From an uncultured bacterium (GTDB lineage Bacteria > Oederibacteriota > JAAXVQ01 > JAUVAV01), in the NCBI GenBank assembly GCA_963710755.1, contig CAVQBK010000013.1:288001-352000 (forward strand): a stretch of 64,000 bases of DNA. Reading direction: 5' to 3'. This document shows, piece after piece, positions 1 through 8,878 of this stretch; within the stretch, counting starts at the first letter, position 1, and the number at the start of each line of letters is the position of its first letter. The notes under the pieces were generated by a model that did not search any database, was not told the DNA's origin, and saw only the letters and a program-made list of their open reading frames with translations. The position numbers were made by a program, and so were the translations under genes.

Positions 1-631
1 ACATCTGGTAAAGCCGATGGACGCCAGTGGTGGTTTCCTCAGATACCCCTTTCCATTCCCCGACCAGGCGGTGCCAGTACTGGCTGTCCTGTTGATTGAC
101 TTTTTTCAGCAAGCTTTTAATCACATCTTCTTCATAAGCAGACGAGGGGGTGTTAACCCAATCGGAACCATTTTCCAATTCATAACCGCGATGAATCAAC
201 AAAGTGGCATCGCCGCCGTCATCCACAATAAGTTGGGGGCCTTTGCCTCCGGGGAAGGTCAACGCCCGATAAGTGCACGCCCAATAGTCTTCCAACGTCT
301 CCCCTTTCCAGGCAAACACAGGTGTCTTGGTCTGGGCAATGGCGGCGGCAGCATGATCTTGGGTGGAAAAGATATTGCACGATGCCCAGCGGACATCAGC
401 CCCCAAGGCTTTCAGGGTCTCGATTAGTACTGCCGTTTGGATGGTCATATGCAGCGAACCGGAGATGCGTACACCTTGCAGAGGTTTTTCCTCGGCATAT
501 TTCTCGCGAATGGCCACCAAGCCGGGCATTTCCTTTTCCGCAATCTCAATTTCCTTGCGGCCCCAGTCCACCAGGCCCATATCGGCCACCACAAAAGGGT
601 CATCCCCAAACAATTCTATTTTTGTCGTCAT
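1..631 (-). CDS. ahcY: Adenosylhomocysteinase (SAH hydrolase), runs off the window edge
   Basis: Not in the ORF track. Manual minus-strand translation from ATG 631 gives [38 protein letters not shown]...[16 protein letters not shown]...[16 protein letters not shown]...IVDDGGDAT; GAGGAG RBS at 641-646. Confidence 0.97.
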   Translation of the reverse strand, partial: MTTKIELFGDDPFVVADMGLVDWGRKEIEIAEKEMPGLVAIREKYAEEKPLQGVRISGSLHMTIQTAVLIETLKALGADVRWASCNIFSTQDHAAAAIAQTKTPVFAWKGETLEDYWACTYRALTFPGGKGPQLIVDDGGDATLLIHRGYELENGSDWVNTPSSAYEEDVIKSLLKKVNQQDSQYWHRLVGEWKGVSEETTTGVHRLYQM

Positions 632-887
632 GCTTGCACTCTCCTCATGGTCATAGTCTTGGGGTTTTGATCACGGTTCAAGAGTCCTCTCGGCGCCCCA
701 AGGCGCCCTATGATAGCATAAAGCCTGTCTGATGACAGCCTTCTTTTTCCCGACCTATGCCGGTAGCAGAGCGGCCGCATTTATTTTTAATGCAATGCCC
801 GGGAACATTACATATAATAAAAAATCATGTTCCCGCCAGACGGGGCGCCGATTAAATCCCAAGTCTATGCTCAGAAAGGATTTGTTT

Positions 888-1733
888 ATGCCAGAACCGA
901 TGTACTGGGTCGATCGTCTCAATCCGGTGTTACTCCATATTTACGGGCCCTTCGCCATCCGTTATTACGGGTTGGCTTACATTCTGGGATTTGTGTTTGC
1001 TTATTGGTTGATGAAGAAATTGATTAAGGCGGGTGTGCTCAATCTGGACAAAGACGCCTTGTCCAACAGTTTTACAGTCCTGATTCTGGGCGTGTTTCTC
1101 GGAGGCCGGTTGGGTTATTGCCTGTTTTACGGACTGCATCAGTTTCTGTCCAACCCCTTGTTCTTTTTTAAAATATGGGAAGGCGGCATGTCCAGCCATG
1201 GCGGCTTTATCGGCGTGTTTTTGGCAGCCTGGTGGGTTTCCAAAAAATACCATGTCCCCTATTTAAGGTTGATCGATGTGCTGGCGGCCCTTACCCCCAT
1301 GGGACTGATGCTGGGTAGGATCGCCAATTTTATCAACGGCGAGTTATGGGGCAAAGTCACGACAGTACCATGGGGAGTGATTTTTCCCAACAGCATGCCG
1401 CCCGGCACGCCCATCAGCGCCATTCCGCCCCGTCACCCGTCTCAACTATACGAAGCCGCCTTGGAGGGCCTGCTGCTGCTCATCTATACCCAGTGGCGTC
1501 TTTGGCGCACCCAAGTGCTGGCCAAGCCCGGCCAGCTGGCCGGCGAATTTATTCTCCTTTATGCTTTGGTCCGGATTTTCAGTGAACAATTTCGTGAGCC
1601 TGATGCGGCTTTGATTCTGGGGCTGAGTCGGGGCGTTTTTTACAGCCTGTTTATGATCATGCTGGGGCTGGGCTTGATCTGGTGGGCCCGCTACCGGCAT
1701 AGCGGAGCGGCACAAGGAAAAAACGGAAAATAA
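888..1733 (+). CDS. lgt: Prolipoprotein diacylglyceryl transferase
   Basis: IRYYGL, GGRLGY, WEGGMSSHGG, GRIANFINGELWG, RHPSQLYE, EQFREPD motifs; start moved to ATG 888 after AAAGGA. Confidence 0.96.
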   Translation: MPEPMYWVDRLNPVLLHIYGPFAIRYYGLAYILGFVFAYWLMKKLIKAGVLNLDKDALSNSFTVLILGVFLGGRLGYCLFYGLHQFLSNPLFFFKIWEGGMSSHGGFIGVFLAAWWVSKKYHVPYLRLIDVLAALTPMGLMLGRIANFINGELWGKVTTVPWGVIFPNSMPPGTPISAIPPRHPSQLYEAALEGLLLLIYTQWRLWRTQVLAKPGQLAGEFILLYALVRIFSEQFREPDAALILGLSRGVFYSLFMIMLGLGLIWWARYRHSGAAQGKNGK

Positions 1734-1773
1734 TTATCTCTCACATCGGCCGTAGTAACCGGGAAAAATACCG

Positions 1774-2547
1774 TCACCTTTTGAGTTCCAGGGTAATAGG
1801 ACAGTGGTCGGAGCCGTAAATATCCGTCCTAATGCCCGCATTCATGACCTGACTTTTCAAGTTGGGGCTGATAAAAAAATAGTCAATGCGCCAGCCTACA
1901 TTGCGTTCGCGCGCCCGCGTTTTATAATCCCACCAAGTGTATTGGTCCGGCTCAGGATGAAACAACCGAAAACTGTCCAGATAACCATGGTCCACCACTT
2001 GATCCAGCCAAGCCCGCTCCTGGGGCAAAAAGCCCGACCGCTCACTGTTCTCCTTGGGCCGGGCCAGATCAATCTCCTTGTGAGCCGTATTCACGTCGCC
2101 TCCAAAGATAATTTTCTTACCTTTGCGCTTGAGCTTGTCCATGGCCGCCAGAAAGGCCGCATAAAATTCCATCTTATAGGCCAGCCGCTCCGAAGACATT
2201 TGCCCATTGGGAAAATAAATGTTCAGCAGGATAAATGCTTCATATTCGGCCATGAGAATCCGGCCTTCCTGATCAAAACGCTTGTCGCCAAAGCTGTATT
2301 GCACGGACTTGGGCTTGAGTTTAGTATAGAGAGCCACCCCACTATAGCCTTTTTTCTGGGCTGCGGAAAAGTAAGATTCATACCCTTCCCACTGGGTAAT
2401 CGCAGAAGGCAATTGTTCGGGATGCGCTTTGGTTTCCTGAAGACAAAGGATATCGGGGGACGCTTGTTTCAAGGGTTCCAGGCCGCCCTTGGAGGCAACC
2501 GCCCTTATGCCATTGACATTCCATGACCAAATGGATAAGTGTTTCAT
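1774..2547 (-). CDS. xth: Exodeoxyribonuclease III / AP endonuclease
   Basis: SWNVNGIRA, LCLQETK, GDVNTAH, GWRIDYF, GSDHCP. Confidence 0.96.
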   Translation of the reverse strand: MKHLSIWSWNVNGIRAVASKGGLEPLKQASPDILCLQETKAHPEQLPSAITQWEGYESYFSAAQKKGYSGVALYTKLKPKSVQYSFGDKRFDQEGRILMAEYEAFILLNIYFPNGQMSSERLAYKMEFYAAFLAAMDKLKRKGKKIIFGGDVNTAHKEIDLARPKENSERSGFLPQERAWLDQVVDHGYLDSFRLFHPEPDQYTWWDYKTRARERNVGWRIDYFFISPNLKSQVMNAGIRTDIYGSDHCPITLELKR

Positions 2548-2659
2548 TGGTGACCGCCTTACCCGCCTCCGGCCGGACACATGTCCAGCCTCCGCTGAAT
2601 AATTCCACTACCGGATCACCACTATACCCAATATCGATACGCCCCACAACTGTTAACTA

Positions 2660-2849
2660 ATTTTTGTTGCGGAAAGGACAATTTCAGCTTATGCGAGTGG
2701 CAGGGATTGCGACCATACCTGTGAGCGTCAGAAAAATGCCTTCGTGAGGTACAGGCCACTTGGCCCGCGTATGCCGGGATGCCTGGACCCTACATGGCAA
2801 ACCGACGTCCGCCTAAGGCTGGTCACAAAAGCCAATCCTCAACAAGACC
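2660..2849. mobile_element. MITE-like element, copy 1
   Basis: Imperfect terminal inverted repeats ATTTTTGTTGCGGAAA / AATCCTCAACAAGACC; flanking direct repeat TAACTA (2654-2659, 2850-2855); central 50-nt hairpin 2744-2793 shared with copies at 13.8 and 29.6 kb. Confidence 0.7.
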
Positions 2850-2852
2850 TAA

Positions 2853-3701
2853 CTAAAGCGCCTGCCAATTCTCTTCGGTGTGATCCAGGTCCGTTTGGAC
2901 CATCTCTGTCAGGGCGTTTAAATCGCTGCCGGTAAGACTCAGCCGCTGCAGGCTGCCCAAGTCCAATTCCAGAGCGTTCATGTCTGCAAAGGTTTTTTTT
3001 TGCTGGACGCACTTGGCAATGGCATCGGCCACATGCACGATATCCAACAGGTTGTCCTGGTGACGGCTGACTTCATGGTGAAAAGCAATGGCCTCTATTA
3101 TAGGCTGGGGCAAATGCCATTCCACGGCAATCTGCGCACCCACCTGGGTGTGATCCGTGCCCATGGCCTCTTTTTCCGCTTCAATATAACTGCATTGTTT
3201 TTCCGCACACAGAGATTCAATCATATCAATCAGGGATTCATGCCCCAGGCGCCGGCCTAACACAATCTTGCCCAGATCATGAATAAGCGCTGCCGTAAAG
3301 GCTGCCGGCGGAACCCGTTTTATTTTTTGCTTGTCCATGGCTTCCACAGCCAGGGCCGCGGCCACACTATGGCGCCACAATTCATGTTCCGGTATATTGT
3401 ATCCTGGCTGGGCCTTGTTCATAGGCCCCATCAAATGATAGCCAATGGCTAATTTAAGCACATTGGCTGAGCCCAGGCGCACCACCGCGGTTTGCACATT
3501 GTCAATGGCGTTCTGCGTCTGACTCCAGACGGAATTGGCCCATTTAAGCACATTGGCGGTCAACGGGGCATCCAGTTCAATAATTTGGCTAAATTCTTTG
3601 ACCGAGGAATCAGGATCAGCGACCAGTTGGGCCAGCCGAGCTACTGATTGTGGCAAGGGCGCCAAACATTTAATTTCCGACGGTTTTATGGGTCCGGACA
3701 T
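2853..3701 (-). CDS. HDOD domain protein
   Basis: D-x-x-L-TANVLKWANS, AVVRLG, LWRHSVAAA, AALIHDLGK, GTDHTQVG, WHLP, AIAFHH. Confidence 0.92.
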   Translation of the reverse strand: MSGPIKPSEIKCLAPLPQSVARLAQLVADPDSSVKEFSQIIELDAPLTANVLKWANSVWSQTQNAIDNVQTAVVRLGSANVLKLAIGYHLMGPMNKAQPGYNIPEHELWRHSVAAALAVEAMDKQKIKRVPPAAFTAALIHDLGKIVLGRRLGHESLIDMIESLCAEKQCSYIEAEKEAMGTDHTQVGAQIAVEWHLPQPIIEAIAFHHEVSRHQDNLLDIVHVADAIAKCVQQKKTFADMNALELDLGSLQRLSLTGSDLNALTEMVQTDLDHTEENWQAL

Positions 3702-3813
3702 GCGCTTTCCTTATTATCCATTATGACTTGATTTCTGGAGCAACTGCACCTACTATTAGGATCGGCTTGAGCCTCATATTTCTGGAGAATAAACCAGCTT
3801 AAATGGAAGGGTT

Positions 3814-5691
3814 ATGATTAAACTTATCAATCTGAGTAAAAGTTACGGTGCCCAACACCTGTTGGATAATGTGACCTTTAATATCAATGCCAAAGAACGC
3901 ATCGGGGTGGTGGGACGAAATGGGCATGGCAAGACCACTCTCTTTCGCCTGCTTTTGGGTCAGGAAGAACCAGACAGTGGTCAGGTGGTTAAACCCAAAG
4001 ATTACACCGTTGGTTATTTGGAACAGCATATCCGATTTACTGCGGAGACAGTGCTTGAGGAAGCTTGCCTGGGCTTACCCAAGGCTAGAGAGCAGGAAAC
4101 CTGGGTGGCAAAAAAAATTCTGACAGGCTTGGGCTTCCAGGATATGGATTTCAACCGTTCGCCCTGGGATTTTTCCGGTGGTTTTCAAGTACGGCTCAAC
4201 TTGGCCAAAGTCCTGATCAATGAGCCTGACCTGCTGCTGCTCGATGAACCGACCAACTACCTGGATATTATTTCCGTGCGTTGGCTGACCCACTATTTGC
4301 GTCAATGGCCCAAGGAATTGATGCTCATCACCCATGACCGCAGCTTCATGGACAAGGTGGCCACCCACATTCTGGGCATCCACCGCCGCAGTATTCGCAA
4401 AATGACAGGATCCACTCGGAAATATTTTCAGCAATTAATGACCGAGGAAGAAGTCTATGAAAAAACCAGGCTCAATGACGAAAAAAAACGCAAAGATACA
4501 GAACGATTCATCAGCCGTTTTCGCGCTAAAGCCCGCCTGGCCGGATTGGTGCAATCACGCGTTAAAGCCCTGGAAAAATCACAAAAAATGGAACAACTTG
4601 AAAAAATCGAGGACCTTGATTTCCGTTTTCAAGCGGATGTTTTTCCGGCTAAGATCATGGTGGAACTTAACGATGTCTCCTTTCGTTATGACCGGCTGCA
4701 GCATTGGCTGTTTGAAAAATTAAACTTGACCATCGGCAAACAGGACCGGGTGGCCATCATCGGCAAAAACGGCAAAGGCAAAACCACCCTGCTCCGGCTT
4801 ATGGTTCAAGAATTGTTTCCGGTGGAAGGCACCCTTAAAACCCATCCGGCCCTCAAATGTGGTTATTTCGGCCAGACCAACATTGACCGGCTTCAACCTG
4901 AGTTAACCGTGGAAGAAGAATTAATATTGGCCGATCCCGAACAGAGTCGGCAACGGGCCCGCGATGTGGCGGGCATGATGATGTTCAGTGGTGAGGGCGC
5001 TTTAAAAAAAGTCAAGGTACTCTCCGGCGGAGAACGCAGCCGGGTATTGCTGGGCAAATTACTGCTCAGCCCATGCCATCTGCTTTTTCTGGATGAACCG
5101 ACCAACCACCTTGACCTGGAATCATGCCAGGCTTTGCTGGAGGCACTGCGGGTTTTCCCCGGATCAGTGGTCATGGTCACCCATGACGAGTTATTTCTGC
5201 AGCACCTGGCCACCAAACTGGTGGTATTCAACCACGATCAGGCCATGGTTTTCAATGGTGCCTACGCGCAATATTTAAACGATGTGGGTTGGGAGGATGC
5301 CCAGGCCAGCGAGATTCTCGCTGCAGCCACCCGGGGAGACACCCATGAACAACTGCCTGACTTAAAGGAGGCTGACTTCAGCCCGGTGGTCAGTAAAAAA
5401 TCCTTGCGCCAAGAGAAGGCCCGACGTCTTCAGGAAAAAACGCGGCGGTTAAAACCCCTGGAGCTCAAAATGCAAGGTCTGGAAACCAGTATCGAAAACT
5501 TGGAAACCGAATTGGCCGCGAACCAGCAAGCGCTAATTACAGCCTCTATGGAAGCCGATGTGGCCCAATTGGCGGCCCTACCCAAACGGAACAAGGAAAT
5601 CGAACACCAGTTAGAAGAAATGTACGGCCATCTCACTGAGATCAGCGAAACTTATGAAGCGATGGCCAAAGAATTAGAAGACCATCTTTAG
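3814..5691 (+). CDS. ABC-F family ATPase (two nucleotide-binding domains, C-terminal coiled coil)
   Basis: Walker A GRNGHGKTT and GKNGKGKTT; FSGG/LSGGE signatures; LDEPTN twice; no TM segments. Confidence 0.95.
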   Translation: MIKLINLSKSYGAQHLLDNVTFNINAKERIGVVGRNGHGKTTLFRLLLGQEEPDSGQVVKPKDYTVGYLEQHIRFTAETVLEEACLGLPKAREQETWVAKKILTGLGFQDMDFNRSPWDFSGGFQVRLNLAKVLINEPDLLLLDEPTNYLDIISVRWLTHYLRQWPKELMLITHDRSFMDKVATHILGIHRRSIRKMTGSTRKYFQQLMTEEEVYEKTRLNDEKKRKDTERFISRFRAKARLAGLVQSRVKALEKSQKMEQLEKIEDLDFRFQADVFPAKIMVELNDVSFRYDRLQHWLFEKLNLTIGKQDRVAIIGKNGKGKTTLLRLMVQELFPVEGTLKTHPALKCGYFGQTNIDRLQPELTVEEELILADPEQSRQRARDVAGMMMFSGEGALKKVKVLSGGERSRVLLGKLLLSPCHLLFLDEPTNHLDLESCQALLEALRVFPGSVVMVTHDELFLQHLATKLVVFNHDQAMVFNGAYAQYLNDVGWEDAQASEILAAATRGDTHEQLPDLKEADFSPVVSKKSLRQEKARRLQEKTRRLKPLELKMQGLETSIENLETELAANQQALITASMEADVAQLAALPKRNKEIEHQLEEMYGHLTEISETYEAMAKELEDHL

Positions 5692-5770
5692 GGGTCGCAA
5701 ACCCAGACAAGCCAGGAACGAGTGCGAGGGTCTATCCGAAGTCTTAGCCCCGTTGTCCCCCCGGAACAGG

Positions 5771-5817
5771 GTTAAAATACCCGTATGGAGATGCGGGGTA
5801 TGGGTGAGGACGACCTA
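5771..5817 (-). repeat. ~47-bp 3'-end repeat with terminator-like hairpin, copy 1
   Basis: GTTAAAATACCCGTATGGAGATGCGGGGTATGGGTGAGGACGACCTA aligns with 12063-12109; begins at the stop codon. Confidence 0.7.
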
Positions 5818-6255
5818 ATTAAGATTGGGATCGTCAGCAGATAGAAGTTGGAATTCCTTGGCAAAGTCCGCCAGTTTTTGCCGGTCTTCAATCACCAGAT
5901 GCAGGAATTGCAGTCCCATGGAAAACAGTGTGCCCTCTACCGGCTGGCACCAAGCCACCCGAGACAACACATTCACCGGAGTACAGCCCTTTTCACTGCA
6001 AACCACTTGATCGGTCAAATGACGTCTAATTTTTTCAGACGGAATAAACAGGGTGACCATCAACAATTGGCCGATATTCATTTTTTTCTCACCATTTAAA
6101 GCTATGCCGCCAAAGCTGATATTTTCCGAAGCGGTTGCAACCAGACAGGACTTTTCTTCATCGATGCAATGATAATGCACAGCGAGTTTGAACTTTTTGC
6201 GCGGAAAACGTCGGTTCTCGGCCACCACCTCACCGCGATAGTCCTCAGCACCCAT
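5815..6255 (-). CDS. PilZ domain protein (putative c-di-GMP receptor)
   Basis: RRFPR (RxxxR) and NISFGG (D/NxSxxG) motifs; RVAWC; MGLQF. Confidence 0.88.
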   Translation of the reverse strand: MGAEDYRGEVVAENRRFPRKKFKLAVHYHCIDEEKSCLVATASENISFGGIALNGEKKMNIGQLLMVTLFIPSEKIRRHLTDQVVCSEKGCTPVNVLSRVAWCQPVEGTLFSMGLQFLHLVIEDRQKLADFAKEFQLLSADDPNLN

Positions 6256-6332
6256 TACCCACTACCTCCACAACAAATTTTCTTTTTTAATTTTATATCC
6301 ATTTGCATTTCACATCAAGTGTTACCTGTATT

Positions 6333-6366
6333 AAAAAAAAAGCGCTGATCCTGGTGATCAGCGCTT
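6333..6366 (-). terminator. Rho-independent terminator after phoU
   Basis: AAGCGCTGATC-loop-GATCAGCGCTT followed by a T run on the minus strand. Confidence 0.85.
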
Positions 6367-6383
6367 CGGACATTTACCGCGTT

Positions 6384-7043
6384 TCATTCACAATGGCCGT
6401 GGCGGATAATTTTTCCACGGATCATGTACATCACATCCTCGGCAATGTTGGTGGCATAGTCGGCGATGCGCTCCAAATTGCGTGATACCGACGTGACACG
6501 CATCATAAGGGTGGCTTGCCCAGGTTGCTCCATCACTTTTTCTGAAACCAGCTTGTAATTCTTCAGATGAATCTTGTCCACTTCATCATCGGAATCGAGC
6601 ACTTCCTGCGCTTTTTCTTCATCCACATTGACCATGGCGTCCAGGCTGCCGGTCAGCATCTTTTGCACTTTATTCACCATATCTTTAAAATCAATGGGAA
6701 TTTCAAAGGTCTTAACCTCGTGAATGGCAATGGATTGCTCGGCTATATTAACGGCCAAATCGCCGATGCGTTCCAAATCGTTGTTGATTTTGAGAATGGC
6801 AATGACGTAGCGCAGATCAATGGCCACCGGCTGGTGCAAGGCCAGTATTTTCAAACACTCTTCTTCCACTTCAATTTCTTTTTGGTCGATCTGCTCATCA
6901 CTCTCGATAACATCCTGGGCCAGCTTGATATCCCCTTTGCTGACCGAGGTTACAGCCTTCTCTACATTTTGTTCCACCTGGGAACAAACGTTCAGTATTT
7001 TACTTTTAAGTTTGTCCACTTCCGTCTGTAATATAACAGTCAT
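6384..7043 (-). CDS. phoU: Phosphate signalling complex protein PhoU
   Basis: HQPVAIDLR, LERIGDLAVNIAE, LERIADYATNIAEDV. Confidence 0.97.
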   Translation of the reverse strand: MTVILQTEVDKLKSKILNVCSQVEQNVEKAVTSVSKGDIKLAQDVIESDEQIDQKEIEVEEECLKILALHQPVAIDLRYVIAILKINNDLERIGDLAVNIAEQSIAIHEVKTFEIPIDFKDMVNKVQKMLTGSLDAMVNVDEEKAQEVLDSDDEVDKIHLKNYKLVSEKVMEQPGQATLMMRVTSVSRNLERIADYATNIAEDVMYMIRGKIIRHGHCE

Positions 7044-7285
7044 CTATTCCGGCCTCCTTAGCCGACCCGCCCTATAAAAATTCAATCCCCCTAAGGCCTT
7101 ACACGGTACGGCGTTTTGACAGTTGTTCTTTCAAACCCTTTACTTAAGGGCCTATTTAACCATATCCCTCCACCATTTGCAAACAACTTCATGTGCAGGT
7201 CACAACTCATCAATCCTGTCAGAATAGTCTCAACCCCCCAAGGTCAAAAGTAGGCCTGCCCGTTTCTATCGCAAAGAGCCGCACT

Positions 7286-7323
7286 AAAATAAATCGGAAC
7301 CTGCCTGAAGCAGGTCCCGATTA
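7286..7323 (-). terminator. Terminator-like hairpin after the porin gene
   Basis: AATCGGGACCTGC-TTCAG-GCAGGTTCCGATT followed by TATTTT on the minus strand. Confidence 0.7.
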
Positions 7324-7359
7324 CCATCAGGAAGCTGTAAAAGCGACAACCGTCAGCTA

Positions 7360-8490
7360 TTAATATTTCACGGACAGGTCGACTTGCAGGCGGTTGTAAT
7401 TAAGCGGCCCTAAGTCACCGGTGGCTGAAATTTGCTTTTGGGAAATGATATAAGTGGCGCCGATGGTGGTTTTGTCCCACATGGCATAGGCAGCAGAAAC
7501 CACAACACCACTGCTGTCGGTTTTGCCGCCGGCGAAATCGGAATCCATAAATAAGCTGGAAGCAATACCATACTTTTTATACATGATCCCCGCCTGGTAA
7601 GTGCCGGCTTTGCTGGCCTTACCCAGGGAGGCACCAAAAGCCATGGCCGCTGTATCTACCTTTTTGCTTTCCGTCGCACCCAGAGGTGTATACTCGCTAT
7701 CAGCAGCACCACCATTTTGGGCAAAATGTCCAAATACTTGCAAGGGCAGTTCCCCCACTTTGGTGCCCAGTTCCAAAAAGGCTTCGCCAATATTGTAGTT
7801 GCGCCCAAAGGTTTGGGGAGACAGGGTAAAAGCATTGAGCCCACCACCTAGCTTGGCTTTAAGATCACCCAATTTCATTTCCACGCCGGCTTGAATGCCG
7901 TAAAACATGGCGTCAATAGTGGTGCTGTTTTCTTTAACCCAGAAGCCGGCCACATTGGAAAATACCTTCATATCACCAGCCGGGACTTCGATTTTGGCCG
8001 CAGCCCCTTCAGGGGTGATATCACCATCCCAAAGAATTTGGTCCCCACCGGGGTTTTCCATGGGGTTGCTCATTTTCCCGAACAAGGCCGTCACGATGGG
8101 TTCTTCCGTACCGAACAATTTTCCTTCTGCATAAGCTTTATCCAAATTGAATGGTTTTTTGGAGAATTCATCGCTCAAGGTCTGATTGGTGGAATTGGCA
8201 TCCGCCGGATCAGTACTGCCCGTGGCTATTTGGCTGACCAGTTTCCATTGGTCATTAACATGGCCTTCCAATTTCAAACGCAGCCGAATGCGGTCACGGT
8301 CGCGATAGGTGTCGTAGGTTTCACCGGCCACGGTGGCATCTTTTTGATCCACAATGCTTTCATAGCGATAGCGAAAATCAGCTGAAACTTTTACTTTATC
8401 GTACCAATTCCCGGCGGATGCGGTTTGCAGGCCTATGGCACCGACAAAACCGGCCACCAGCAAAGCGCTCAAGATAGTTGTTCTTTTCAT
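7360..8490 (-). CDS. Putative outer-membrane porin, likely phosphate-regulated
   Basis: Signal peptide; ADFRYRYE, RIRLRL, LDKAY, LWDGDITPEG; C-terminal RLQVDLSVKY beta-signal; lies between phoR and phoU. Confidence 0.85.
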   Translation of the reverse strand: MKRTTILSALLVAGFVGAIGLQTASAGNWYDKVKVSADFRYRYESIVDQKDATVAGETYDTYRDRDRIRLRLKLEGHVNDQWKLVSQIATGSTDPADANSTNQTLSDEFSKKPFNLDKAYAEGKLFGTEEPIVTALFGKMSNPMENPGGDQILWDGDITPEGAAAKIEVPAGDMKVFSNVAGFWVKENSTTIDAMFYGIQAGVEMKLGDLKAKLGGGLNAFTLSPQTFGRNYNIGEAFLELGTKVGELPLQVFGHFAQNGGAADSEYTPLGATESKKVDTAAMAFGASLGKASKAGTYQAGIMYKKYGIASSLFMDSDFAGGKTDSSGVVVSAAYAMWDKTTIGATYIISQKQISATGDLGPLNYNRLQVDLSVKY

Positions 8491-8679
8491 GGGGTGTTCC
8501 TCCTTAGGTAACAGTTGGTTTAATTCTCAAATCAATAACTAACTCAGATCTTACTCAAACTTGGAGCAATCACCCCCTCGTCAGGCTTAGTAGGCTGTCG
8601 TTAATCCGTTTAAGTTAAAGTTGAATAAACCCGGATGGTTTTGACTTCCTTTAATTTGCGCTGGAGTCTAAGGAAATTA

Positions 8680-8718
8680 TATTAGGGTTTGATTAGTACA
8701 GAATATGGTTTCCGTTAT
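8680..8718 (-). promoter_or_regulatory. Pho-box-like direct repeats upstream of the porin
   Basis: Minus-strand hexamers ATAACG, CATATT (degenerate), CTAATC, CTAATA at plus positions 8713, 8702, 8691, 8680, exactly 11 bp apart. Confidence 0.5.
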
Positions 8719-8878
8719 TTCGGAAGGAAGCAAGAAAGCGGCTAAAGGCCATTTCAGGCTCGATTTCCCGGTTAAATTAGCCGACGGCAAGCCTCGGAGA
8801 TAAAAGGAAAGGTATTAAAGATCCTAGGGTAAGGCTAATTTAAAATAAATATGGAGAGACCTATGCGGATAGATGATC

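Noticed and set aside
17-732. Plus-strand ORFs 17-427, 322-732, 363-656 and 437-670
   Set aside because: Antisense shadows of ahcY. The same applies to nearly all short plus-strand ORFs opposite genes in this window.
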